A stretch of 25,440 nucleotides of DNA from Candidatus Rokuibacteriota bacterium (lineage in GTDB: Bacteria > Methylomirabilota > Methylomirabilia > Rokubacteriales > CSP1-6): contig JACPCX010000124.1 of the NCBI GenBank assembly GCA_016184305.1, positions 1-25,440 on the forward strand, in the 5' to 3' direction. Position numbers and translations under genes: made by a program. The notes beneath the pieces were generated by a model. It was not told the DNA's origin. It was given only the letters and a program-made list of their open reading frames with translations, and did no database searches. Position 1 is the stretch's first letter. Each line of letters opens with the position of its first letter. Shown piece after piece: positions 24,412-25,440 of the stretch.

Positions 24412-25440
24412 TTGACCCAGCTGCAGAGCCTGATCGAGGAGATTCCGAAATACCAGCCAGGGGCCGATCTGGACCTGGTGACCCGCGCCTACCGCTTCTC
24501 CGAGCAGTCCCACCACGGGCAGCAGCGCGCCTCCGGTGAGCCGTACCTCTCCCATCCTCTCGAGGTTGCCGGGCTCCTGGTCACCTTCAAGATGGACGTC
24601 ACCACGGTGACGGCCGGCCTGCTCCACGACGTCCTGGAGGACACCCAGACCACCAAGGCAGAGCTCGAGCGCGAGTTCGGTCGCGAGATCGCCGACCTGG
24701 TGGACGGCGTCACCAAGATCGGCAAGCTCGCCTTCTCCTCGCGGGAACAGCGCCAGGCCGAGAACTTCCGCAAGATGCTCGTCGCCATGGCCCGCGACCT
24801 GCGGGTCCTGATGATCAAGCTCGCCGACCGGCTCCACAACATGCGCACCCTCGACTACCTCTCGCCCGACAAGGCGCAAAAGGTCGCCCACGAAACGCTC
24901 GACATCTACGCCCCGCTGGCCCACCGGCTCGGCATGGCGACGGTGAAGGCCGAGCTGGAGGACCTGGCGCTCCGGGCCCTGAACCCGGAGGACTACCAGG
25001 ACCTGATGCGGCGGGTGGCCAAGCGCCGCCTCGAGCGGGAGGACGAGATCAACCAGGTCATCATCTTCCTCCGGCAGAAGCTGGGGGAGGTGGGGATCGA
25101 GGCCAGGATCAGCGGCCGGCCCAAGCACTTCTACTCCATCTGGAAGAAGATGCACGAGGGCGGGCGCGAGTTCGACGAGATCTACGACCTGACCGCCGTG
25201 CGCGCGGTCGTCAAGACCGTCCGCGACTGCTACGGCGCCCTCGGCGTGATCCACTCCCTCTGGAAACCGGTGCCGGGCCGCTTCAAGGACTTCATCGCGA
25301 TGCCCAAGGTCAACATGTACCAGTCCCTCCACACGACCGTAATCGGCCCCAAGGGGGACCCCGTCGAGATCCAGATCCGGACCTGGGACATGCACCGGAT
25401 CGCTGAGGAGGGCATCGCGGCCCACTGGCTCTACAAGGAG
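24412..25440 (+). CDS. rel: Bifunctional (p)ppGpp synthetase/hydrolase Rel (RelA/SpoT homolog), truncated by window end
   Basis: Not in the ORF track. TTG start after GAGGAGGA; translates to HHGQQRASGEPYLSHP, LLHDVLEDT, IKLADRLHNMRTL, GRPKHFYSI, RFKD, YQSLHT, EIQIRT, GIAAHWLYK. Confidence 0.95.
   Translation, partial: MTQLQSLIEEIPKYQPGADLDLVTRAYRFSEQSHHGQQRASGEPYLSHPLEVAGLLVTFKMDVTTVTAGLLHDVLEDTQTTKAELEREFGREIADLVDGVTKIGKLAFSSREQRQAENFRKMLVAMARDLRVLMIKLADRLHNMRTLDYLSPDKAQKVAHETLDIYAPLAHRLGMATVKAELEDLALRALNPEDYQDLMRRVAKRRLEREDEINQVIIFLRQKLGEVGIEARISGRPKHFYSIWKKMHEGGREFDEIYDLTAVRAVVKTVRDCYGALGVIHSLWKPVPGRFKDFIAMPKVNMYQSLHTTVIGPKGDPVEIQIRTWDMHRIAEEGIAAHWLYKE

Noticed and set aside
19160..25425. 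Long minus-strand ORFs (767, 583, 342 and 344 aa) and the 580-aa ORF 20059..21801
   Set aside because: Antisense or off-frame shadows of queA/tgt/secD/secF/rel. Only the last 111 aa of the 580-aa ORF (YajC) are real.
1..25440. CRISPR array, tRNA or rRNA genes
   Set aside because: The repeats are dispersed, not regularly spaced with unique spacers. No cloverleaf or rRNA-like sequence was recognised by eye.

Overview
GC-rich bacterial chromosomal window. It is most consistent with Ca. Rokubacteria/Methylomirabilota, but that is an inference from a Pup-proteasome locus in a non-actinobacterial-looking context, not a verified assignment. Left: a minus-strand proteasome operon arc-dop-prcB-prcA with no pup gene at its usual position. 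Next come an orphan family-5 ABC substrate-binding protein, a tandem-SH3 protein and a LysM/DUF5715-like peptidase. A ~1.7 kb 'gene graveyard' follows, containing a decayed OsmC-like selenoprotein gene (in-frame TGA plus SECIS-like hairpin), an IS1182-like end, an internally deleted mgtA-like P-type ATPase and a truncated acyl-CoA thioesterase. Right: yebC-ruvC-ruvA-ruvB-DUF2905-spoIID ... queA-tgt-yajC-secD-secF-rel. This run is interrupted by a ~4 kb insert with SDR + TPP-dependent E1alpha/E1beta and a DUF5674 two-gene module. The most striking unexplained structure is a dispersed ~130-150 bp hairpin repeat with 4 copies. Three copies start at CTAG sites that are TAG stop codons and carry IS-like termini. 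The arms show compensatory base changes and strand-specific tandem G.A mismatches, and two copies may be read in frame into neighbouring proteins.
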